Virus record (IMG/VR): IMGVR_UViG_3300009667_000002
Coordinates: 62,001 to 116,864 of that record
Origin: an uncultured virus (IMG/VR IMGVR_UViG_3300009667_000002)
Taxonomy: Duplodnaviria > Heunggongvirae > Uroviricota > Caudoviricetes
Reading direction: 5' to 3' (one strand)
Length of the DNA: 54,864 bases
Positions 30,403-38,403 of the stretch are shown piece by piece. The position numbers and the translations under genes are program-made. How positions within the stretch are numbered: position 1 is the stretch's first letter; each line of letters begins with the position of its first letter. The notes below the pieces were generated by a model. That model worked only from the letters and a program-made list of their open reading frames with translations. It did no database searches and was not told the DNA's origin.

Positions 30403-31344
30403 ATGAAAAAAAATTCATTAACACCAAACAAAGGCTTGAGTTTATCACAAGCACAAAGTATTTCTAATCTTTGCTTTCAAAAAGCAAGTGAAATTGATAT
30501 GCAGTTAAATAGCATTAACAATTCAAGTAAAAAAATTAAAGTAGATGGTGAGGAATTAACACTTGTTAATGGTACACCAATGCCCGATAATATTATTGAA
30601 TTGCTTGAACTTAAGGCTAAATTACATGCTTGTCAAGCATTTTTAATGGAAAATATTAAGGCTAAAGATGCCATGTTGAATGAAACTATGACAACATCTG
30701 CTGATATATCAGATATTGAAGAACCAAAAAAACCAGATTTAATTAATTCTCATGCTAAATTTCTTCCTAAAGTTAATGAAAGGTGGGGATGGGAACAATT
30801 ATGCGTATCAGATATAAATGAATATCTTGAATCGGAAGCATATGCAGCACATATTGGTCAATTTATTCATAAAGATGGTGTTTTGCATAATTTAAGAAAT
30901 GAATTAAAAAACATTAAACCTGTTGAATGGATGGAAATTAAATCTGGTGAAAAAACACCTGTTAAAGTGGAAATTCACCATACACAGGATAAACTTTTTG
31001 ATATTCATGAAAAATTATCGGCATTGCATCGTAAACATGAACAACGTGTTAACTATTTTAAATCCATTGTAAAAAATTTGGTGACAAATGAAAATGCAAG
31101 AATTGCAAAACATAATACAGAAATTCAAATTGAAACAGAAGCATTAAATCAAAAAATGAATTCCGAATATAAAATTGCAATGGATGAATATACTGAAAAA
31201 ATAAAAACAATTCAGAATGAATTTGAAATTGAAAGACAAAAAAGAATTAAAGAAATTGTTTCAATGAGAATTTCAGTTGATGAAAGATTTCAAGAAATCA
31301 TTGATATGTTTTTATCTGAAATTAAGGATGATAGAAATGAATAA
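30403..31344 (+). CDS. Alpha-helical/coiled-coil protein of unknown function, adjacent to a structured RNA
   Basis: 313 aa; GLSLSQAQSISNL, LHACQAFLMENIKAKD, EAYAAHIGQFIH; C-terminal coiled coil; less compositionally biased than neighbours. Confidence 0.75.
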   Translation: MKKNSLTPNKGLSLSQAQSISNLCFQKASEIDMQLNSINNSSKKIKVDGEELTLVNGTPMPDNIIELLELKAKLHACQAFLMENIKAKDAMLNETMTTSADISDIEEPKKPDLINSHAKFLPKVNERWGWEQLCVSDINEYLESEAYAAHIGQFIHKDGVLHNLRNELKNIKPVEWMEIKSGEKTPVKVEIHHTQDKLFDIHEKLSALHRKHEQRVNYFKSIVKNLVTNENARIAKHNTEIQIETEALNQKMNSEYKIAMDEYTEKIKTIQNEFEIERQKRIKEIVSMRISVDERFQEIIDMFLSEIKDDRNE

Positions 31345-31353
31345 TTAATAAAT

Positions 31354-31635
31354 AGAGTTGAATGGTAAATAAAGCACAAGCCGAGTTTACCATTCTTTAT
31401 GTTTAGCAATACGTTCTTTATTTAATTAAATTTTATCATTAGCATAAGTGGTAAATGTTTGACAAACATTTTTTTTTTAAACCCGCTTCTCTCACAAAAA
31501 TTTTTATATTATATGATGATTATTAATCATCAAATTGTAAGACTTGGTTTTTGATTTTGTCCTTGGGTGAGAGAAGGTCTTTGACGTTGCTTTTGATTTT
31601 TTCTTTAACTATATAACGTATTGCTAAACAACTCT
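31354..31635 (+). ncRNA. Candidate structured ncRNA (about 280 nt, nested long-range stems)
   Basis: Perfect 16-bp stem 31400-31415/31615-31630; 10-bp stems 31360-31369/31386-31395 and 31486-31495/31567-31576; closing AGAGTT/AACTCT. Confidence 0.7.
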
Positions 31636-31653
31636 TTTAATATCATAAAAATA

Positions 31654-31923
31654 ATGAAAGAAATCACAAAAAATAGAAAATTCGACCATGTTAAAGTTTT
31701 TGAAAAACTAAAAGAGTTTGGGTTTAGAAAAACTGGTAAGGAATTATATCCACTATATTTTAATAGTAGTAGTAATATTATTAGTTATTATATGGCAAAA
31801 AAAGAAACACCAGAAAAAAAAGGTGCGTTTGTTTTTATTCATAAAGAAAATAGATTATATGCATATTCTTTTGAAGAAATTGAAAATGTTTATTTAGAAT
31901 TATTGGAATTAATAAAAAAATGA
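31654..31923 (+). CDS. Hypothetical protein
   Basis: ATG 31654 preferred; the track's TTG 31621 lies inside the RNA stem. Confidence 0.55.
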   Translation: MKEITKNRKFDHVKVFEKLKEFGFRKTGKELYPLYFNSSSNIISYYMAKKETPEKKGAFVFIHKENRLYAYSFEEIENVYLELLELIKK

Positions 31924-32144
31924 AAATAGATTATTATCATAATAAAGAAATTGAATTAACTGAAAATTTTTTTAATTTAAAAGAAATATTAAATTTTCAA
32001 TTAGAACATGATATTCAAATTATTCGTGGTGAAGGTTATTAATATTGTTGCTATATTGATAAGGAATGTTTTAATGTTTTATTAACACCAATGTGTGCTT
32101 TAGTTTTAGGAATAAAAATATTTAAAGAAAATCAAAAAAATTAA
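31920..32144 (+). pseudogene. 75-codon gene with an internal TAA at 32040-32042
   Basis: MKIDYYHNKE...IRGEGY*YCCYIDKECF...KENQKN*; frame stays open up to the terminator. Confidence 0.55.
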
Positions 32145-32153
32145 ATAATAATC

Positions 32154-32187
32154 AAACCAACATAGTACATAATGTTGGTTTTTTTTA
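32154..32187 (+). terminator. Intrinsic terminator
   Basis: AAACCAACAT...ATGTTGGTTT followed by a T run. Confidence 0.7.
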
Positions 32188-32291
32188 TAGTATTTTTATA
32201 AAAAATAAATGTTTAAGTTGATTTTTATATTACGCCAAAGGTTAAAAATTTTTTATAGAATGGCGAAATTTAAAATAATTATTGATTTAAT

Positions 32292-34076
32292 ATGAATGAA
32301 ATAATTGCATATCATGGTAGTTATGAGCATTTTTTGAAGTTTTCTGAAAATAAAATAAAAGCAAATAAAGAATTACATTTAGGTTGGGGTTTTTATTTTG
32401 TGGATAATCCACAAACTGCTCTTAAGTATGGAAATTATATATATAAAGTTAAATTGTTCAATAATAAGAATCATTACCATTTAATTGACTTTAATAAACC
32501 AATAGAACCAAATATTTTATATAACATATTAACATCCCTTTATTATAAAATTAATAGAAAAAAAATAAACTATGATAATTTTAAATTATTATACAACATA
32601 GAAAAAGAAATTGAAAATTTTAAAAATAAAATTTGGAATGAATTGGTAAAAATAGATAGTGATTTAAATATGTTGACCTTTTCTGAAGTATTTGATACGG
32701 ACAATAAAAATTCTTGGTTTTATATATCTAACTATATTAATAATAATCAAATTAATAAATTATGTAATAAATATTATTCTTTATTAAATATAAAAAACAA
32801 TAAAAAGATATTAGATTTTAACCTTCATGATATTGGTTTTCTTATTTATAAAAAAATATCACATTTATTGAATGGTGATAAAAATGCATCTTTATTTTTA
32901 TTAAAAAATGGAATTGATGGGTGTATGGATATTCTATCTGGATATAAATATTATTCTATTTTTAATTCAAATGATATTAAAATAGTAGAAATAAAAAAAT
33001 ATAAACAAAATTATATGAAAAATATTATCAATGAAATTGTTGTGGATTTTTTTCAACATAAAAATTTGTTAATTGAAAATTTACAATTAGCAAATAAAGT
33101 TTATTTTAATACTGGTAAACTAACTGAAGAAGATAAAAATATTATTTTAAATATTACTAATGGTGATAATTATACTAAAATAATTTCTGATTTTTATTAT
33201 GAAATGAAAAAAACAAAACAATTAGATAAATTAGATTTTAATTCAATTATTGATTTGAAATTTTTATATAAAGATGTTAAAACATACAATAAAAATGTTT
33301 TTCCTATTGTTGGATTTGATGTTTTTAATATTAATCCAAATGATATTGATGTAATCATGAGAAGTTTATATAAAAGACGTTTAATAATTCAAAAAATAAA
33401 AGATTTACCATCAATTGCCATTAGAAATTTAAAAAATGATATTCGTAAAGAAAGAATAATTTCCCAATTAGATACTTATTTACATAATTTAGATTATTTT
33501 TTTGCACACTATTCATTATTATCAAATAGAGATAAAAAAATGCAAGAAAAAATACTAAATAAAATGTTCAAAAATAATATAACATTATCAGAATTACTTA
33601 GTTTTGTTGAAGATAAACAAAATTTAATTGGTGGGGTTGAATTTACAAAAGAAGATATTATCGAATTATCAAAAACAGAAGATTTTGAAATTATATATAA
33701 TCATGATAATAAAATGATTGTAAGGGTTGATTCACCCGAAGGGATTAAAAAAATTGGTTGCAATTCATTATGGTGTTTTACCTATGGCGGTGGTTTTGAT
33801 AGAGCATATAGAGATTGGTATGCTTTTAGTCATAACGATATGGTTTATGTTATTATAGATTTTAACAAAAATTCTGATTCTGATGATTTTATGCATGTTT
33901 TAATTAAACCATTGGTTGACGAAGATGGAAATTTAATTGATTTTGACGATGATGATGATTATCCTCTATATACCATGACTAACGAAAATTATTGGAATCC
34001 ATATTCAGTATTAGAATATTTGTTTGGTAAAGATTATAAAAAAATTATCTATAATTATCTTAATTTCGAAAATTAA
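32292..34076 (+). CDS. ADP-ribosyltransferase-like domain joined to a second leader-bearing protein with a GCNSLWC (PcfJ-like) motif
   Basis: AYHGS...LGWGFYFVDN..TALKYG...GIDG...YSIFN; internal MKNIINE...LLIE at 33015. Confidence 0.6.
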   Translation: MNEIIAYHGSYEHFLKFSENKIKANKELHLGWGFYFVDNPQTALKYGNYIYKVKLFNNKNHYHLIDFNKPIEPNILYNILTSLYYKINRKKINYDNFKLLYNIEKEIENFKNKIWNELVKIDSDLNMLTFSEVFDTDNKNSWFYISNYINNNQINKLCNKYYSLLNIKNNKKILDFNLHDIGFLIYKKISHLLNGDKNASLFLLKNGIDGCMDILSGYKYYSIFNSNDIKIVEIKKYKQNYMKNIINEIVVDFFQHKNLLIENLQLANKVYFNTGKLTEEDKNIILNITNGDNYTKIISDFYYEMKKTKQLDKLDFNSIIDLKFLYKDVKTYNKNVFPIVGFDVFNINPNDIDVIMRSLYKRRLIIQKIKDLPSIAIRNLKNDIRKERIISQLDTYLHNLDYFFAHYSLLSNRDKKMQEKILNKMFKNNITLSELLSFVEDKQNLIGGVEFTKEDIIELSKTEDFEIIYNHDNKMIVRVDSPEGIKKIGCNSLWCFTYGGGFDRAYRDWYAFSHNDMVYVIIDFNKNSDSDDFMHVLIKPLVDEDGNLIDFDDDDDYPLYTMTNENYWNPYSVLEYLFGKDYKKIIYNYLNFEN

Positions 34077-34099
34077 TCAAAAACAAATTTTATAAAAAC

Positions 34100-34618
34100 A
34101 TGAGTAAAGATATTAGAATGATGATTGATAAAATCAAAAATTTAAAACCTGTTATAAATGAAAATATTAATAACATAAAGACATTATATCATGGTACTTC
34201 TGATAATAAAAAAGAATTTCAAAATGATGATATAATTTTTTTATCAACATCATCAACATTTGCAAAAAAATATGGTGATAAACTATTAATTATAAAAGCA
34301 GATTTGGGTAATGTTTTTAATTCTTTAGAATTTAACGATATTCAATTATTATATAAAAACGGTTTTAAATTATATGACCCAAATGTAGATGAAGATTGGG
34401 ATGATATTGGATATGATTTTAATAAAGAAAATTTTAGAACAGCAAAAGCATTTATAAATTCACCAACTAATAATAATACATGGGATGCCATTGAAAGTAC
34501 AGAAGGTGTTATTGATTGGATATTTAATAATGGTTTTGATTCAATATTAGTAACCGAAGATAATATAGAAAACTATATTTGTAAAAAAAATAACATTAAA
34601 TCAATTGAGAATTATTAA
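34100..34618 (+). CDS. Leader-tagged ADP-ribosyltransferase-like protein
   Basis: MSKDIRMMIDKIKNLKPVINE; LYHGT, IFLSTS...AKKYG, GFDSILVTE. Confidence 0.6.
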   Translation: MSKDIRMMIDKIKNLKPVINENINNIKTLYHGTSDNKKEFQNDDIIFLSTSSTFAKKYGDKLLIIKADLGNVFNSLEFNDIQLLYKNGFKLYDPNVDEDWDDIGYDFNKENFRTAKAFINSPTNNNTWDAIESTEGVIDWIFNNGFDSILVTEDNIENYICKKNNIKSIENY

Positions 34619-34620
34619 TA

Positions 34621-35256
34621 ATGGGTAATATAATAAAACTTATAGAAAACGTTGTAAAAGATTTTTTAAACGAAATTTCTTTTCATGATATAAAAATTGA
34701 TGATATATTAACAGATAAGTATGTTAGAAATTATATTTTAAATGGTTATGCTGATAATTTATTGGATTATTATAAAGATGAAAATAATTTAGATAATCGT
34801 AATGATGATGATGTTTTAGAATCGGAAGAATTTTTTGATTTAGTAAAAAGTGAATTAGAATCCAATTTAAATGTTGCAATGGATAATATATATGATAATA
34901 TAGATAATCAAACCAATAAAATAAAATTATATAGAGCAATTAGAGTTGATAATAATTGGTTAAACCATTTAAAAACACAGGGAAAAAGATTAGGTATATA
35001 TTGGACATGGAATGAAAATAGTGCTGAAACTCATTGGGGAGATTATTCAAAAGAAAATGAAGCATTAATTGAAATTGAAATAGATGAAAAATATATTAAT
35101 TGGTATAAAACTCTTGAAATGAATATGAATTCAAATTTTCATGAAGAAAACGAAATTAGATTATTTAAAAACACACCAATTAAATTAAAATCAATAAAAA
35201 TTAATGATGTTGATATGGATATTTCCGAATTAATTAATAAAACATTCTATGCTTAA
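34621..35256 (+). CDS. Leader-tagged ADP-ribosyltransferase-like protein (R-S/T-E pattern)
   Basis: MGNIIKLIENVVKDFLNE; KLYRAI, GIYWTW, EENEIRL. Confidence 0.6.
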   Translation: MGNIIKLIENVVKDFLNEISFHDIKIDDILTDKYVRNYILNGYADNLLDYYKDENNLDNRNDDDVLESEEFFDLVKSELESNLNVAMDNIYDNIDNQTNKIKLYRAIRVDNNWLNHLKTQGKRLGIYWTWNENSAETHWGDYSKENEALIEIEIDEKYINWYKTLEMNMNSNFHEENEIRLFKNTPIKLKSIKINDVDMDISELINKTFYA

Positions 35257-35376
35257 TTTTTATACCTTTTGTTGGAATTAACTGCCGATGAAATTAAACA
35301 AAAATATTATACAATTAAATATATAAAAAATCCAACACAAGAAGTTATTAATTATGTAAATAATAATTTAACATAA
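35257..35376 (+). pseudogene. Short remnant of another array gene
   Basis: Start-less frame FLYLLLELTADEIKQKYYTIKYIKNPTQEVINYVNNNLT*. Confidence 0.4.
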
Positions 35377-35403
35377 CTATTTATATTAAAATTATTATTT
35401 AAG

Positions 35404-35988
35404 ATGAATATTATAAATATTATTAGAGAAGAAATTGAAAGTATATATTCAGCCAATTTTCCTGAATTTGGTGATAGATTACACCATTTAGATTTAGATA
35501 ATATAACAGAAGAACTTGAAAGTATTGTTGAATATGGTGAAGCAACCCATGAACCATATCCATTTAAATTTGATAATGTTAGTTTTAATGAAGTTAATTA
35601 TCATTTTGATACCGAAGAAGACGAATATGTTGTTTTAATAAATCTTGTGGATAGAATAAGTAGAAAATGGGAAGTATCTTTTGGTGTTGTTGGTGGAACT
35701 CCAACAGATATTTTAAATAAGGGTAGACATTTTAGAGTTATGTCAACAATTACTAAAATTATTAATGATTTTATTGATAAATATAAACCCAATTTCATAT
35801 TAATAAAACCATCAAAAAATGATGAATATGAAGATTTATATAATAGGGAAGATAAAAGAAGATTTAATATGTACATGGCATATGTAAAAAAGAATATGCG
35901 ACCAGATTATTTTGCATATGAATATACACCCTACATTGTAATTGAAAGAAAAGTAAAAATTAAGGATGATAATATTGTAACAATTTAA
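35404..35988 (+). CDS. Leader-tagged hypothetical protein (possibly divergent GNAT-like fold)
   Basis: MNIINIIREEIE leader, late-type motif at 35377; FRVMSTI...P...RRFNMY pattern. Confidence 0.5.
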   Translation: MNIINIIREEIESIYSANFPEFGDRLHHLDLDNITEELESIVEYGEATHEPYPFKFDNVSFNEVNYHFDTEEDEYVVLINLVDRISRKWEVSFGVVGGTPTDILNKGRHFRVMSTITKIINDFIDKYKPNFILIKPSKNDEYEDLYNREDKRRFNMYMAYVKKNMRPDYFAYEYTPYIVIERKVKIKDDNIVTI

Positions 35989-36729
35989 TTAAAATTTTGG
36001 GTTAACAATTATATTTCTAACTTTCATTTCTTTTGGTAATATTTTATCAATAACATCCAAATCTTTATTTTCAATACCCGAACTAATAATTACATGCATT
36101 GGAATATCAATATTTTTTGCACTTCTAATACCGACAAGATAATCATCAATATAATATTTTAAATATTTTTTATTCCAATCCAATCTATAGTAATGCCATC
36201 TATCCTCAATGTTTTTTAAAATCATACCATCTGCCTTACCATAAATATTATGATTATAATCAGAACCAGCATGTGTATTATATGTAAATTTTTGTTTATC
36301 ACCATATTCTTCAAAAATATCAATTTCTGCAAATCTACTATTATCATCCATTGCACCAAATAGCCAAAATGCAGACCACAAACCATATCCTTTAGGAATG
36401 TAAATTTCTGCTTCAAAATTACCATATAAAAAGGTGTTTTCACTAAATAAAACACCTCTAGTGTATTCAAATTCTATATTATTAGTATTCCACCATCCAT
36501 TATCAACAACATGCTCTTTTTTTACAAAAAGAGAATATTCGTTATTTCTTTTAATAACATTATTATCTGAAATATAAACATGATTAGAACCAGTATTTGT
36601 TCTACCCCAAGGATAACAATATTTAAATTGTGTAATACGTTCACCAATTAAAATTGGTTTAACTTTAATTCTAAAACCTATTTTATATAGAAAAAGAAGA
36701 ATTTTATTGATTATTTTTAAAATATTCAT
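35989..36729 (-). CDS. Glycoside hydrolase family 16
   Basis: FLYGNFEA, GLWSAFWL, catalytic EIDIFE, WHYYRLDW...YYID. Confidence 0.88.
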   Translation of the reverse strand: MNILKIINKILLFLYKIGFRIKVKPILIGERITQFKYCYPWGRTNTGSNHVYISDNNVIKRNNEYSLFVKKEHVVDNGWWNTNNIEFEYTRGVLFSENTFLYGNFEAEIYIPKGYGLWSAFWLFGAMDDNSRFAEIDIFEEYGDKQKFTYNTHAGSDYNHNIYGKADGMILKNIEDRWHYYRLDWNKKYLKYYIDDYLVGIRSAKNIDIPMHVIISSGIENKDLDVIDKILPKEMKVRNIIVNPKF

Positions 36730-36758
36730 TAGTAAAAATTGTTTAATATAAATACTTT

Positions 36759-36784
36759 TGTAACATTTAAATTCCTTTTTCGTA
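36759..36784 (+). promoter_or_regulatory. ECF-like promoter, back-to-back with a minus-strand late-type motif
   Basis: TGTAAC 36759-36764, CGTA 36781-36784; ATAAATAC 36748-36755. Confidence 0.75.
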
Positions 36785-36820
36785 TATATAATTGAATAAA
36801 ATAAAGAAAAATTAGAAAAT

Positions 36821-37192
36821 ATGCCCTATAATAAAATTCGTTTTGGTGAAGAATTAAAAAACACACTTAAAATTATAAAAGAAGCAAAAAAAGATTCCTA
36901 TAATTTAATTTTTTTTAATTTTAATAATACAAATTATTTGTTTGGATATTCATTCAATGAAAAAGCATCACCATTTTTATTAAAAGAATCCGACAATGAA
37001 TTTATTATAAATACCAAACATATATTTACAACCAATTCATATAAAATAGAAACGAATGGTTCATTAATATCCAAAAATTTTAATTTTAACATGACCATTA
37101 AAGATTTTGTTAAAATATATTTAAATGGTGAGTTGGAAATTAAAGAAAAGAAAAAACAAAAAAATAATAAATCTAAAATTAAGAAAACATGA
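36821..37192 (+). CDS. Hypothetical protein
   Basis: 123-aa ORF after a promoter. Confidence 0.55.
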   Translation: MPYNKIRFGEELKNTLKIIKEAKKDSYNLIFFNFNNTNYLFGYSFNEKASPFLLKESDNEFIINTKHIFTTNSYKIETNGSLISKNFNFNMTIKDFVKIYLNGELEIKEKKKQKNNKSKIKKT

Positions 37193-37545
37193 ATGAAATG
37201 GATAAAATAGAAAATTTTGAATATGAATATATGGGTTTTGGTGTTCATAAATCATCTTGCATTATTCGAATAGAAAAAAATGGAGATATGTTTTATATAT
37301 TATTTGAAGATATTGGAAATGGAACATCTGTTACTAATGCATCAGAACAGTTAGCAAGTGATATTGTTAATTTATATTCTATAAATCCAACAAAATGTAG
37401 ATTTTTTGAAACATACCGAATTTATAATTATGATTCTATTGATGAAATTACTTATGAATGGGATTATAATAATAAATTTATAGCAAGAAAACCTACTTGG
37501 AAAAATGCAAATCTTAGTTTATTAAAATTTTTTAATATTAATTAA
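37189..37545 (+). CDS. Hypothetical protein
   Basis: 118 aa, GTSVTNASEQLA segment, ATGA overlap with the upstream gene. Confidence 0.6.
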   Translation: MNEMDKIENFEYEYMGFGVHKSSCIIRIEKNGDMFYILFEDIGNGTSVTNASEQLASDIVNLYSINPTKCRFFETYRIYNYDSIDEITYEWDYNNKFIARKPTWKNANLSLLKFFNIN

Positions 37546-37588
37546 TTGTTGTTTTTTTTCTATTTATATTAATAAAGTTTATTTTAAA

Positions 37589-37936
37589 ATGAAACCAAAT
37601 GTAATTATTGTTGATGATATCGATGTTAATCGATTCTTAATAAAAGAAATAATAAAAGAAAAACCAATAGAAATAACTGAAGCAACAAATGGTGAAGAAT
37701 GTATTAATCTTATTAATAATAACACTAAATTAATATTTATGGATGTTATGATGCCAATTATGAATGGCATTGAAGCAACTAAAATTATTAACGAAAAATA
37801 TCCCAATATTATCGTTATAGGTATCACAGGTCAATATGAAAGTAAAGAGCATAAAATTTTTCATGAAATTTTATATAAACCATATAATGGATGTAAATTG
37901 ATTGATATTTTAAAAAAATACAATATAATTATTTAA
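37589..37936 (+). CDS. Stand-alone response regulator receiver (CheY-like)
   Basis: IIVDD, ATNGEE, IFMDVMMPIMNG, ITG, KP motifs. Confidence 0.9.
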   Translation: MKPNVIIVDDIDVNRFLIKEIIKEKPIEITEATNGEECINLINNNTKLIFMDVMMPIMNGIEATKIINEKYPNIIVIGITGQYESKEHKIFHEILYKPYNGCKLIDILKKYNIII

Positions 37937-37984
37937 TAAAATAAATAATTGTTGGTTTCATTCTAAGAAAAAAGAATATTAATA

Positions 37985-38341
37985 ATGAAGAAAATAATGA
38001 AAATATTTTTTTCTTTAATTAATGGTTCAAATAAATATTTTTATACCATTAATAATGAAAATATTAATGATATTCTAAAGGAACATATCATAAATAAATT
38101 TTCTAAAATTAATCCAAAATTAGATTTTTCTAATTTAAAAATTGAAGTAACAAAACATAAGTCCAATAGAATTAAAATTTTATTGGTGAAAAATGTTGTA
38201 AATACGACCAATATTTGTCAAATAGCAATAAATACCAATAGAAAATTGGCAGAATATATTTATAACTATGGAATTGGTCAATCAACAGGATGTGTATTTG
38301 GAACTGTTTATACAACACAATTTAATAATTTATATAAATAA
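37985..38341 (+). pseudogene. cas6: C-terminal fragment of a Cas6-like endoribonuclease
   Basis: YIYNYGIGQSTGCVFGTV matches the Cas6 GhGxxxxxGhG loop with one G to V change; only 118 aa, N-terminal RRM missing. Confidence 0.65.
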
Positions 38342-38343
38342 AT

Positions 38344-38373
38344 TTTGTTTATATTAAAATATTATTACTTTTG
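38344..38373 (+). promoter_or_regulatory. Bacteroidota sigma70-type promoter
   Basis: TTTG 38344-38347, 18-nt spacer, TACTTTTG 38366-38373. Confidence 0.5.
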
Positions 38374-38403
38374 TATGTCTAAATTCATCATTTTTTGTTT
38401 TTT

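Noticed and set aside
31354..31635. Retron msr-msd or DGR template repeat
   Set aside because: No reverse transcriptase in the window and no second copy differing at adenines; only the long inverted repeat is retron-like
31523..31636. Minus-strand peptide ...VKEKIKSNVKDLLSPKDKIKNQVLQFDD as the cause of the 6-nt periodicity
   Set aside because: The frame is bounded by TAA at 31639-31637 with no start codon, and is antisense to the local transcription unit
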